Below, in pieces: positions 11,681 through 24,220 of a DNA stretch of 64,000 bases. The stretch is from assembly GCA_964016885.1 (NCBI GenBank), contig OZ024744.1, positions 121,768,001-121,832,000 on the forward strand. Direction: 5' to 3'. The position numbers were made by a program, and so were the translations under genes. The stretch is from Eledone cirrhosa. Its lineage: Eukaryota. How positions within the stretch are numbered: position 1 is the first letter of the stretch; each line of letters starts with the position of its first letter. Under the pieces are notes generated by a model, which saw only the letters and a program-made list of their open reading frames with translations, was not told where the DNA came from and did not search any database.

Positions 11681-13636
11681 TTATCTCTTTCTCTTAATTT
11701 CGAGTACATTTTTTTTGACCGGCCACTTTCCTGGTGGCAAGGTTGTAAAAGAAAAGAAATTGTCATCCCTTGAATCGCAAGAATGTTTTGCAAATTTTGA
11801 AGGTGCCAGCTATCGCAGCCATTTGTAGACTATGAATTAGGGAGCTGCGCTTTTTGTCCGCAAATCCAAGTTCAGTCATACTTTGGTCCAAGCGGGTTGG
11901 TATATAACCCGTAGCTCCAATAATGATGGGTATGAAGCTAAAGGTGTATCTTGGATACTGGATTTGTAAACTCCTCATCAATGGTCCGTAGATGTCCTGC
12001 TTCTCCTGTATTTTTCTGACAACGTTTACATCAAGTGGGCAGCTGATCTCCACAACAGAACACGTTTTCAATGTGTGGTCCCAAACAACAATATCAGGCC
12101 GGTTGTGCTTTAATTTGGTGGCCGTTTTTATTTTCAGGTTCCACCAGTATTCCTTAGTGCCATCTGTCTCAATATATTCTTTCTCGTTTGTTGTTAATTT
12201 TGTTTTCCGAAGTGCGTTCCAGATGGTTCTAGCTATCCCATCGTGTCTCATGGGGAGGTAGTAGCGAGATGACATTCTTTCGCAGCTGGCAACAATGTGG
12301 CCTACATCTTCGATCTTTGTTTTACATAGCCTATATTTATTGTCAGCTGCTGGCCCTCCTCTTTTGTGCAGCAGATATTTGGTAGGGAGTTCTTGTTCCT
12401 GTATTGCATAGAGATATCCCTCAAGGTGTGATGTCATAAACTTGTCGGAACTCCATGCCAGGCTTTTTGAGTGGTTTATCCCCTCTATGGTCTGTGTTTT
12501 ACGCCTCAAGTATCCATGCACAACTTTTTCTGTAAATTGGTCAATTTTTTAATCTTGTTTGAACATTGAATAGGATCTTCCGATTTCTCTGGGTGAGAGA
12601 TTTATATCAGGCTTTATTCCATATCTCCCCTCCAGATCAGTCGCTATTCTAATGATATTTTTTTTTTCATGCTAATAAACCTGGGCAAGATGGTTGCCAA
12701 CCTTTTTCCTCTGTTGAAGGTGTTGCTTCAGTGTTACTATCCAGGTCTCATATGTTGTTAATATTGATTTTAGACCCCGGCCACCTTCCTTGCGTGAGAA
12801 GTATAGCCTATCCACATCACCATTGATGTTAAAGTTCCCAGTAACACTGAGAAGTTTGCGAGTTCTAACATCCATCTCACTTAGTTCTTGCAATGACCAG
12901 TTCAGCAGGCCAAATGTTGGCGTTAGAATTGGCATAGCATAAGTATTGTGGGCAATGTATTTGTTGTACGCTGACAGTTCTGATGACCATATTTTCTTTA
13001 CTCTTCTGAGGTATTCAGTTCTGGTTCTCTCCTTATTTATGGGTCCATCATATCTGACATTCTCATCCTGGCCAAGATATCTGTAGTTGTCACCTGACTG
13101 CAGAGGTTGTATTGTGAGGCCGTTCATCTCTAGATTTCTAGAGGAGGGCACAGCTCTTCCACGTTTTACTGCCAAATATGCACACTTGGACTCACCAAAT
13201 TTCATTTTGATGTCGGTTGAAAATTGTGTAATGAGGTCCAATTGTTTCTTGATGTCATTGATATTTGGCCCATACAACTTCAGGTCATCAACAAAGAAAA
13301 GATGGGAGATACTTCTGGGCCCACTTCTTTGTCCACCTTGTTTCCTGAGTAGGTAAGATAGTGGATTCAGTGAGAGAACGAAGAGTAGCACTGACAAGCT
13401 ATCACCCTGAAAGATGCCCTTCTGGTAATGTATCTTATCAGTCTTAACCTGCTCCTTCTCACCTCTAAGCATCAAATTGGTGTACCAGTTCTTAGTCAGG
13501 CGTTCAACAGCAGCTACCAATGGTTGTGGGACTTTAGCTAACTGTAAGGCCTTAATAATCCACCCATGAGGTACACTATCAAATGCTTTTTGATAGTCCA
13601 GCCACACGACAGTCATGTTTCTGCGATTCTTTGTTG
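11680..13636 (-). mobile_element. R4/Dong-like RLE retrotransposon family B, 5'-truncated
   Basis: [33 protein letters not shown], zinc knuckle (first C mutated to Y), RPDIVVWD..VVEISCP; flanked by (TATG)n on both sides. Confidence 0.9.
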
Positions 13637-13976
13637 TATGTATGTATGTATGTATGTATGTATGTATGTATGTATGTATGTATGTATGTATGTATGTATG
13701 TATGTATGTATGTGTGTATGTGTGTGTATGTATGTATGTATGTATGTATGTATGTATGTATGTATGTATGTATGTATGTATGTATATATATATATGTATG
13801 TATGTATGTATATATATATATATATGTATGTATATGTGTATGTATATATGTATATATATATATGTATGTATATGTGTATGTATATATGTATATATATATA
13901 TATGTATGTATATGTGTATGTATATATGTATATATATATATATGTATGTATATATGTATATATATATATATATATG
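13636..13976. repeat. Compound (TATG)n/(TA)n microsatellite
   Basis: Direct reading. Confidence 0.97.
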
Positions 13977-14597
13977 TCAGGTCACCTCTTGGTGCTACTG
14001 GTAACATGTATTCCAGTACAACCTGTCCCATGGTCGGGTCGTTGGCGACTAAACTGGCAACCCCACCAAGGTTTCTTGGTGAGGAGGGTGACTTTGGACA
14101 TCCTGCAGAACTAAAAACAAAACCTGTCAAAGGACAAAGGAGCTCTTAAGAGTCAATGGCCATCCAAAATCACCGGGAGAGATGACCCCTTAGCCTTTGT
14201 CAAGGCAGAATTCTAGGAGAATGAAAACTCTGATATAACACCTGCAACCCTGATGGTATCCAATGATGTTGACTTGTTCTTCTTTTTGGTAAATATCATC
14301 TTGGTTAAGAGAGTGGGACTGGCTTTGTGCAGTGCCTTTGCTCACTATAAAAGCTTCACGGCACAGGCATTGCTTTATATCTGGAGATCTCTCTGCACTT
14401 GTCGTCACATGGTACCATGGGCCCAGCACTATATGTCAATAATTGTCACAAGTGTAGTGTTAGTACCAGAGTTTTCAAGTCGCTGGCTGGACTAAAAAGT
14501 CACACTCGTTCAGCGCATCGGTAAGGGTTCTCCTACATGGATATAAAGTAGTGGCCGTACTCGAAAACGAGTTGGCAGCCACCATGTATGTATGTAT
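13977..14597 (+). mobile_element. Internally deleted (non-autonomous) RTE derivative: 5' UTR joined to terminal zinc finger and 3' end
   Basis: RTE-like 5' UTR words (gaccccttagcc...ctaggagaatgaaaactctga); FKSLAGLKSHTRSAHR* at ~14475-14525; 3' end ggccgtactcgaaaacgagttggcagccaccatgtatg resembles 16114-16150. Confidence 0.6.
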
Positions 14598-14599
14598 GA

Positions 14600-15986
14600 A
14601 ACCTTGCGATCTTGTAGCGCACACAGAGAGTGATATGCAGCACATTTTGAATGCATTTTCTGACGCTTGCACTGCCCTGGGTTTGACTGTCAGTCTCAAG
14701 AAAACCGTCGTCATGTACCAACCTGCCCCTAGTAAGCAGTACACTGAACCAACCATCTATGTGTATGGCAAACGACTTGGAGTGGTGATCAGTTTATCTA
14801 CCTGGGAAGCACTGTCAATCGATACAGCAACCTTGACAGTGAAATCTCACTTAGGATTAGGAAAGCAAGTGATGCTTTCGGAAAGCTAGCAAGGCGACTC
14901 TGGGGTCGGCGAGACATATGCAGGAGGACAAAGGTAAAGGTATACAGGGCATGTGTACTCTCTTGTCTTCTTTATGCCTGCGAGACCTGGGTCACATATC
15001 GACACCACCTTAAGCAATTTGAGCGTTTCCATCAGATGTGTCTCAGACGGATCCATGGCGTTCACTGGAGGGACCACATCAGTGATGTCGAGATTTTGGA
15101 AAGCTCTATGTGTGACAGTATAGAAGCTCTTGTGCTTAAGCAACGACTCCGTTGGAGTGGTCACCTTGCCAGGATGAAGGATTCTAGAATACCAAAACAA
15201 CTCTTTTATGGAGAGTTAGTTAAAGGAAAACGACCGCCACATAAACCAAAAAAGAGGTATAAGGATTCCTTGAAAGCCTCTTTGAAAGACGCTAACATTT
15301 CTGCTGATACATGGGAAAATATTGCTGGTGATCGTAATAAATGGAGAAAGACTGTATATGAGGGAAAAGTTGCCTTTGAGGCATCTCGAATCGCACACGA
15401 GAAAGTAAAGCGGGGTGTGAGGAAGGGCATTGCTGTTGCACTTCCAGACGGCGAGGGTCCTCCTATGGTGCTGACATGCAGCGTCTGTGCGAGACTGCCT
15501 AAGCAAAGCTGGACTCGAAAGTCATCTTCGCAGTCATAAAGTAAGACCAGTGGTTGACTACTAGGCTGCTGTTGGAGATGCTACTCATCATGCTTGCCAA
15601 ACATGTGGTAGAGAATGTAAATCAGCAGGAGGGCTCAAACGACATGCAAAAGTACACGAACTCCAACCACAGCCGACTATTCCCAGTGAATGTTTTGGTT
15701 GCCGACTCTGTGCAAGACATTGTAGATCATTGGCTGGGCTAAAAAGCCACATTCGATCGCAGCACTGTTAGTTGTTATCGTGTGTGTGTGTGTGTGTGTG
15801 TGTAGATATGCTTATGTGCGTGCGTGTGTGTGTATATATATATGAATATGTATATTATTATTGTTGTTGTCGTTATTATTATTATTGCTATTATTATTAT
15901 TATTATTATTATTATTGTTATTAATGTATGTGTGTGTGTGTGTATATGTGTGTGTGTATGTGTATGTATGTGTGTATGTATATATG

Positions 15987-16023
<37 letters not shown>

Positions 16024-16250
16024 CTTTTTTTAATTTATTTTTTTAATTTATTTATTATTATTATTATTTTTTTTTTTTCTTTATTTATTTATTTTTTTTT
16101 TCTCTCGTGCAATGGCCATACTCGATAACAAGGGGGCAGCCATCATGTATGTATGTATGTATGTATGTATGTATGTATGTATGTATGTATGTATGTATGT
16201 ATGTATGTATGTATGTATGTATGTATGTATGTATGTATGTATGTATGTAT
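14600..16250 (+). mobile_element. RTE (BovB-like) LINE family A copy 1, 5'-truncated, with microsatellite-rich 3' UTR and (TATG)n tail
   Basis: CDLVAHTE..LGLTVSLKKT, QRLRWSGHLARM..RIPKQLFYGEL, C2H2 fingers; ORF ends ~15771; terminal ggccatactcgataacaagggggcagccatc(atgt)n. Confidence 0.9.
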
Positions 16251-16484
16251 GTGACCTGACATACACCATATACCATGTATGTATGTAAAATATAAATAAG
16301 GATTGCTCTGGTAAAATATACGAAAATATTTGTGTAATTTCCACAAACTTCTGTCGTGATATTCCCGAGTCCAGTGACCCCAAAATTGTTGTATTTTGAT
16401 GTTTCAGAATACAAAATTAATAAAAAACTTACACCACGAAAAGACAGCGTGTGTTGTCCTATCTATAAGCTCCCTCATACATCG

Positions 16485-18478
16485 AAGCTGAACAGTGGAA
16501 GGTCTCCAGGTATGGACGGCATACATGCTGAGCTCCTACAATATGGTGGTGAGAGACTCCTGCAACATCTTCACTCTTTGTTTGGCAGGATATGGGCTAA
16601 TGAATCCGTACCTGAGGACTGGAGAGATGCAGTAATGGTGGTCTTGTACAAGGGAAAGGGTAACAGGAATGATTGTGGGAACTACAGAGGTATATCATTG
16701 CTTTCTGTCGTAGGGAAAGTTTTATGTAGAGTGCTTCTGGACCGTCTGCTGACACACATTGCAGGTCGTGTTCTTCCTGAAAGTCAATCTGGTTTTCTTG
16801 CTGGACGCGGCACTACTGATATGATCTTCTCAGCTAGACAGCTCCAGAAGAAGTGCATGGAACAAGGCTTGGATCTGTATCAGGTTTTTGTCGATCTGAC
16901 AAAAGCTTTCGATACTGTTAACAGAGGTGCATTATGGAAGGTTCTCCAGAAACTTGGTTGCCCTGATAAGTTCCTTGCTTTAGTTAGGTCTTTCCATGAC
17001 GACATGAAGGCTTGGGTTAATGTCGGAGCCTATCTCAGTAAAAAATGGAGTGAAACAGGGGGATATTCCAGCACCGACCCTGTTTGCAATGGTTTTCTGT
17101 ATTGCATTCAGGAATTGCGAGCATGGTGTTTACATCCGATATCGAACCTCAGGCAACATATTTAACATCAGGCGCTTTGCTGCAAAGACAAAAGTATTTA
17201 CATCAGTCATAAGAGACCTCTTGTATGCAGATGATTGCGACCTTGTAGCGCACACAGAGAGTGATATGCAGCAAATTTTGAATGCATTTTCTGACGCTTG
17301 CACTGCCCTAGGATTGACTGTCAGTCTCAAGAAAACCGTCGTCATGTACCAACCCGCCCCTGGTAAGCAGTACACTGAACCAACCATCTATGTGTATGGT
17401 AAACGACTTGGAGTGGTTGATCAGTTTGTCTACCTGGGAAGCACTGTCAATCGATACAGCAACCTTGATAGTGAAATCTCACTTAGGATTAGGAAAGCAA
17501 GTGATGCTTTCGGAAAGCTAGCAAGGCGACTCTGGGCTCGGCGAGACATATGCAGGATGACAAAGGTAAAGGTGTACAAGGCATGTGTGGTCTCTTGTCT
17601 TCTTTATGACTGCGAGACCTGGGTCACATATCGACACCACCTTAAGCAATTTGAGCGTTTCCATCAGATGTGTCTCAGACGGATCCATCAGTGATGTCGA
17701 GATTTTGGAAAGCTCTATGTGTGACAGTATAGAAGCTCTTGTGCTTAAGCAACGACTCCGTTGGAGTGGTCACCTTGCCAGGATGAAGGATTCTAGAATA
17801 CCAAAACAACTCTTTTATGGAGAGTTAGTTAAAGGAAAACGACCGCCACATAAACCAAAAAAGAGGTATAAGGATTCCTTGAAAGCCTCTTTGAAAGACG
17901 CTAACATCTTTGCTGATACATGGGAAAATATTGCTACTGATCGTAATAAATGGAGAAAGACTGTATATGAGGGAAAAGTTGCCTTTGTGGCATCTCGAAT
18001 CGCATACGAGAAAGTAAAGCGGGATGTGAGGAAGGGCATTGCTGTCGCACTTCCAGACGGCGAGGGTCCTCCTATGGTGCTGACATGCACCATCTGTGCG
18101 AGACTCTGCCTAAGCAAAGCTGGACTCGAAAGTCATCTTCGCAGTCATAAAGTAAGACCAGTGGTTGACTACCAAGCTGCTGTTGGAGATGCTACTCATC
18201 ATGCTTGCCAAGCATGTGGTAGAGAATGAAAATCAGCAGGAGGGCTCAAGCGACATGCAAAAGTACATGAACTCCAACCACAGCCGACTATTCCCAGTGA
18301 ATGTTTTGGTTGCCGACTCTGTACAAGACATTTTAGATCATTGGCTGGGCTAAAAAGCCACATTCGATCGCAGCGCTGTTAGTTGCTATCGTGTGTGTAT
18401 AGATATGTTTATGTGTGTGCGTGTGTGTGTATATATATATGTATATGTATATTATTATTGTTGTTGTCGTTATTATTA

Positions 18479-18522
<44 letters not shown>

Positions 18523-18605
18523 GTTATTAATATGTGTATGTATATGTATATGTATGTGTATGTGTATGTATATATGTATGTATGCGTGTGTATATATATA
18601 TATAT
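16485..18605 (+). mobile_element. RTE (BovB-like) LINE family A copy 2 (RT domain to 3' UTR), frameshifted
   Basis: SPGMDGIHAE, NYRGISLLS, FVDLTKAFDTV, GVKQGD, LLYADD, FVYLGS; highly similar to copy 1. Confidence 0.92.
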
Positions 18606-18763
18606 AATGAGAACGTTTTTTTCGTATTCGTCTTATTCGGGAAACCTCTGGTAATGAGGTAATTATATTGTATTGTTTATTATACATTAAATTTTGCTCT
18701 GGTACTTACATAGAGCACTCTTCACTCCTATGACTTTTTCAATTTTCAACGGAAACTTCAATA

Positions 18764-18765
<2 letters not shown>
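18606..18765 (+). mobile_element. Fragment of Penelope pLTR (3' half of hammerhead), inverted relative to 20157-20312
   Basis: ttcgggaaacctctggtaatgaggtaattatattg...ttcaacggaaacttcaatac. Confidence 0.75.
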
Positions 18766-18833
<68 letters not shown>

Positions 18834-18869
18834 TATTGAAGTTTCCGTTGAAAATTGATGTACATATAC

Positions 18870-19780
18870 ATTTGTTTTTTTGACGTTAGAATATTCATCC
18901 GCAATTATTATTATTTTTTCTCTCTATCATAAAATTTTTTAATCTCAATTTCATCCTTAATTTATTATTTTTTTCTCCCCATCAACGAACTCATTCTTAA
19001 TACATATTAACTCTTTCTTCGCACATATTATCAATTCCTTCAATATACAAACCTTAACTTCACATTATTTTTCTCAAATCATCTAATACACAAACCTTAA
19101 TAATTTTTTAATACATATTAACTCTTTCTTCGCACATATTATCAATTCCTTCAATATACAAACTTTAACTTCACATTATTTTTCTCAAATCCTTCTACAC
19201 ACAAACCTTAATAATTTTTTCTCTTCGTTAATTTTAAAATTGCCACAATACTTATAAACATACACCTTTTTGACGTTAGAATATTCATCCGCAATTATTA
19301 TTTTTTCTCGCTATCTTCATACATATCAACTCCCTCTCTTTTCTCGTACATATTTTTCCCTTCGTTAATTTTCAAATTCTTTTAATTTATACATTATCTT
19401 CCAACGGTTCTCAACCTCTCTATATAAAACAATATATCTTTTCTCAGTTATAAAAACTATCTCTTTCTCTCTATCACCCATCTCTCCCTCTCCACCTTCA
19501 CTCTCATCTCCTCCCATTTTTTCATCCTTTCCACCCCCCTCCCTAAATAAAATATTTTTTCCTCGTACATATTTTTCCCTTCGTTAATTTTCAAATTCTT
19601 TTAATTTATACATTATCTTCCAACGGTTTTCAACCTCTCTATGTAAAACAATATATCATCTTCTCTCAGTTATAAAAACTATCTCTTTCTCTCTATCACC
19701 CATCTCTCCCTCTCCACCTTCACTCTCATCCCCTCCCCTTTTTCACCCCCCCCCTCTCTAAATAAAATATTTTTCCCAAT
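18870..19780. repeat. AT/CT-rich region built from local tandem duplications (~110 bp x2 at ~19000-19220; ~218 bp x2 at ~19343-19780)
   Basis: taatacatattaactctttcttcgcacatattatcaattcc x2; ctcgtacatatttttcccttcgttaattttcaaattc x2. Confidence 0.8.
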
Positions 19781-19871
19781 ATCACACATCAATCTAAAAC
19801 CACTTTTCATATGTTGATTTAAAACTGCACTATCCACAAGTGTTTTTTAGCCTTCATATCATGTTCGCCTG

Positions 19872-19938
19872 TTTTATCTGATGAAAACGCAAATATTATT
19901 GCATGATGATGTTTGTTTTTGAAATGCGCATAATAAAA
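19872..19938 (+). ncRNA. Type I minimal hammerhead ribozyme, second copy of 4919-4985
   Basis: Same core and stems; the A>G change in stem II keeps pairing (G-U). Confidence 0.8.
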
Positions 19939-20063
19939 TACATGGAACTCCTTTAACCATCTTTTGATCTTATATATTATGTATACTCCATTCCTACAAA
20001 CTGTAGAGTGCTTCTTATCCGATATCTGCATTGCTTTATTGTACTACAATAAAACTCACCTCC

Positions 20064-20118
<55 letters not shown>

Positions 20119-20256
20119 AAAAAAAAAAAAAAAATAATAATATATATATATATATGTATTGAAATTTCCGTTGAAAACAGAAAAGGTCATAGAAGTGAAG
20201 AGTGCTCTATGTAAGTACCAGAGCAAAATTTAATGTATAAAAATCAATACAATATA

Positions 20257-20334
20257 ATTACCTCATTACCAGAGGTTTCCCGAATGAGGCGAATACGAAA
20301 GAAACGTCTTCATTCGTTCGTCAGACGAGGCAAT
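20257..20334 (-). ncRNA. Type I hammerhead ribozyme (inverted copy of 23693-23770)
   Basis: Reverse complement of the + strand copy. Confidence 0.8.
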
Positions 20335-20755
20335 ATAAAACATGGCTAAATACTTGGAAAGTCTCATCAAGAAAAGCAAAAAAAAAAATTATATAAATAT
20401 AGACAAATGAATTACAATAGCCATATGAAATATATAAAAATCTTTCAAGAAATATAGTTAGGTGTGTGTATATGTATGTATATACGCTCACAGATGTACA
20501 TATGTGTGTATGTACAAATGTGTACGTATGGTGAAAAGGTGTGCGTAAATATATGTGTTAGGGCCAGTGTATCTGTGTATCTGTAACTATAGACAGACAT
20601 GGTGTGGTTTTCTGTTTGGCAGGTACACAGAAAAATAGGGTATTAGATACATTATAAGAATATGAAGGCACGCGTATAAACACACCCACACGCACGTACA
20701 CTTATATGCGGAAGTAAAAGAGGTAAGGGAGTGTAATAATTAAAAGAAAGTACCA

Positions 20756-21374
20756 TCTATATATATAAAGCTGTGGTTGTCTGTCTGTCTATCGATTTTT
20801 GGCACACATCTCCTCTTAGAATCTCTGACGGAATTGCACCGAAATTGCTATACTTGTACATTGAGCCCTAGCGAAGACATCGGAAAAAAAATATTTCAAA
20901 TTGACCCACCCTATGTGACGAAATCGAATCTAATGTATCGATTTTTGAGCGTAAGTGACGAGTTATTTCCCTTTGTTCTGTTTACATTGAGCGTCTTACG
21001 TTCTGTTTACATTTTCTGCGTGCAAAAATTAAAAAAATTAAAAATGACATTAACACAATACACGAACAGTTGTCGAGCCAGCAAAATTTTGACCTGCAAA
21101 ATTCATCAGTTCGAACACTAAGCGTCCGTTTTGCTTCATTTCCATTTAAAAGCCTTTTAAAACAATATATTTACTTGAAAACAAGTCTATTTAAAGACTA
21201 CGTAAAACAAGCAAAAATTATATAAGTTTACTTAAAATATATGTATCTGTAAATTTCGTTAGGCGTGCAGACAGATAGTCGTGCAGACAGACTTTAAGCC
21301 AAAAAAGAAACTTAACATTGTAACTTTAACACAGCTACTGAGCGACCCCGAGCAACGCCGGGCTTTACTGCTAG
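20756..21374 (+). mobile_element. Non-autonomous Helitron (619 bp)
   Basis: Starts TC, ends CTAG, subterminal hairpin cccgagcaacgccggg, inserted between A and T with no TSD; empty site visible in the other arm at ~23275. Confidence 0.9.
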
Positions 21375-22271
21375 TTCTCGATATATTTATAAAAATGGAA
21401 CAATAATTTAGAAAGAAAAAATTAAAGAAAAGAAGACAAACAAGGTACACGCGTACACACACACGTATATCTACAAGAAACGTATATCTATAAGAAATAT
21501 ATATATATACACGCAAAAAACGTGCAGACAAAAGCGTATGCAAGCACATCTACACACACAGGATACACATATATACGCATATACGCCTCGCCCCATGTAT
21601 ATCTAATCACGCGCACGCACGCGACTGTATACACACTCTCACACACACACAAAAATATACATGCTTATATACATACGCACACTTACACATCCATACATTC
21701 GGTACGTACACCCACACACACACACATACACTCACGCATATTGACCTGTTTACATGCACACGTATAAAAATGAGGATGTAAAAAAAGAAGAAAAAACAAA
21801 ACAAAAAACATAGATGTAAAAACACGGATATAAAGACACATATACATACACACACACACATATATATATATATATACACGCACGCGCGCGCACATACGGA
21901 GGCGTTCATGTACATATATAGAAAGTATACACACATTAAGGCGCTCAGACACATAGATACAGGATGTAAAAAGCCTTGTGGATAAGTAAGTACAAATATA
22001 AAATTATAAGATTGGCTGCGAAATAATAAAAAATATGCAAGAGGAACAAGAAAATGCACACTCTGCATAAATGAAAAATATTGGATCTTGCAAAATCTTA
22101 AATCACCAAAGATCTGCCTGAACACAAAGACAGAAATTTTCACCAGTTGCCCACACATGAAATCACACCTGCTTTCCAGCTCATATAATCTTAACACACT
22201 TTCAGATACTTATCCTCCATAAACTCTTATTATTCCCCTTTATGACTACCCTTTCTGATTTACTTTCATTT

Positions 22272-22462
22272 TTATCCTTATTATTAATTTCATTTTTATT
22301 TTTATTTTTATTTTTATTTTTATTTTTATTTTTATTTTTATTTTTATTTTTATTTTTATTTTTATTTTTATTTTTATTTTTATTTTTATTTTTATTTTTA
22401 TTTTTATTTTTATTTTTATTTTTATTTTTATTTTTATTTTTATTTTTATTTTTATTTTTATA
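22272..22462. repeat. (TTTTTA)n hexamer microsatellite
   Basis: Direct reading. Confidence 0.97.
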
Positions 22463-23692
22463 TTTTTATATTTTTTTATTTTTACTTCACATCCACCAAT
22501 ACCCCCCCTTTATTCTCCGATTCAATTACCTAATATCTTCACTTTCCACTTTTTACTTCCCTATTTTCTTCACTAACTGATTACAGAGGTCACTTGCGTT
22601 TTCCACTCCAGATATTTTTTATTATTTCGCAGCCAATCTTATAATTTTATATTTGTACTTACTTATCCACAAGGCTTTTTACACCCTGTATTTATGTGTC
22701 TGAGCGCCTTAATGTGTGTATACTTTCTATATATGTACTCGAACCCCTCCGTATGTGCGCGCGCGTGCGTGTATATATATATATATATATATATGTGTGT
22801 ATGTATATGTCTCTTTATATCCGTGTTTTTACATCTATGTTTTTTGTTTTGTTTTTTTCTTCTTTTTTTACATCCTCATTTTTATGCGTGTGCATGTAAA
22901 CAGGTCAATATGCGTGAGTGTATGTATGTGTGTGTGTGTGTACGTACCGAATGTATGGATGTGTAAGTGTGCGTATGTATATAAGCATGTATATTTTTGT
23001 GTGTGTGTGAGAGTGTGTATACAGTCGCGTGCGTGCGCGTGATTAGATATACATGGAGCGAGGCGTATATGCGTATATATGTGTATCCTGTGTGTGTAGA
23101 TGTGCTTGCATACGCTTTTGTCTGCACGTTTTTTGCGTGTATATATATATATTTCTTATAGATATACGTTTCTTGTAGATATACGTGTATGTGTACGCGT
23201 GTACCTTGTTTGTCTTCTTTTCTTTAATTTTTTCTTTCTAAATTATTGTTCCATTTTTATAAATATATCGAGAATGATACTTTCTTTTAATTATTACACT
23301 CCCTTACCTCTTTTACTTCCGCATATAAGTGTACGTGCGTGTGGGTGTGTGTATACGCGTGCCTTCATATTCTTATAATGTATCTAATACCCTATTTTTC
23401 TGTGTACCTGCCAAACAGAAAACCACACCATGTCTGTCTATAGTTACAGATACACAGATACACTGGCCCTAACACATATATTTACGCACACTTTTTCACT
23501 ATACGTACACATTTGTACATACTCACATATGTACATCTGTGAGCGTATATACATACATATACACACACCTAACTATATTTCTTGAAAGATTTTTATATAT
23601 TTCATATGGCTATTGTAATTCATTTGTCTATATTTATATAATTTTTTTTGCTTTTCTTGATGAGACTTTCCAAGTGTTTAGCCATGTTTTAT

Positions 23693-23770
23693 ATTGCCTC
23701 GTCTGACGAACGAATGAAGACGTTTCTTTCGTATTCGCCTCATTCGGGAAACCTCTGGTAATGAGGTAAT
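23693..23770 (+). ncRNA. Type I hammerhead ribozyme at the Penelope pLTR 3' end
   Basis: attgcctcgt CTGACGA a-cgaatga...tcattcg-g GAAA cc-tct-gg TA atgaggtaat; 10-bp stem I, GUA cleavage triplet ending at 23760. Confidence 0.82.
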
Positions 23771-23794
23771 TATATTGTATTGATTTTTATACAT

Positions 23795-23819
<25 letters not shown>

Positions 23820-23825
<6 letters not shown>

Positions 23826-23990
23826 AGAGGGTCGGACGCCATGCTTTCCAGCATAGTTACGTCCCTTTATGATCTGAGTTCAAATCTCGCCGAGGTTGAC
23901 TTTGCCTTTCATCCTTACGGGGTCGATAAAATAAAGTACCAGTAATGCACTGGGTGATTGCTGGCCTTGTGCCTAAAGTAGAAACAATTA
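23820..23990 (+). mobile_element. tRNA-derived SINE (third copy), inside (TA)n
   Basis: Near-identical to 2540-2710. Confidence 0.88.
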
Positions 23991-24004
23991 TATATATATA
24001 TATA

Positions 24005-24220
24005 TTATTTTTATTTAAAAAAAAATTTTTTTTTCTCGTGCAATGGCCATACTCGATAACGAGGGGGCAGCCATCATGTATGTATGTATGTATGTATGTA
24101 TGTATGTATGTATGTATGTATGTATGTATGTATGTATGTATGTGTGTGTGTATGTATGTATGTATGCATGTATGTATGTATGTATGTATGTATGTATGTG
24201 TGTGTGTATGTATGTATGTT
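24005..24220 (+). mobile_element. Orphaned 3' terminus of RTE family A plus (TATG)n tail
   Basis: ttctcgtgcaatggccatactcgataacgagggggcagccatc(atgt)n matches 16100-16250. Confidence 0.8.

Larger units (their letters stand above)
20157..23795 (+). mobile_element. Penelope-like element: long inverted 5' pLTR (~20157-22030), GIY-YIG C-terminal remnant, 3' pLTR (~22615-23795)
   Basis: 22031-22221 reads KYARGTRKCTLCINEKYWILQNLKSPKICLNTKTEIFTSCPHMKSHLL; arms are ~1.2 kb reverse complements once the Helitron is removed. Confidence 0.85.

Noticed and set aside
16356-18229. Intact, active LINE ORF
   Set aside because: No endonuclease domain; split by frameshifts, deletions and a premature stop
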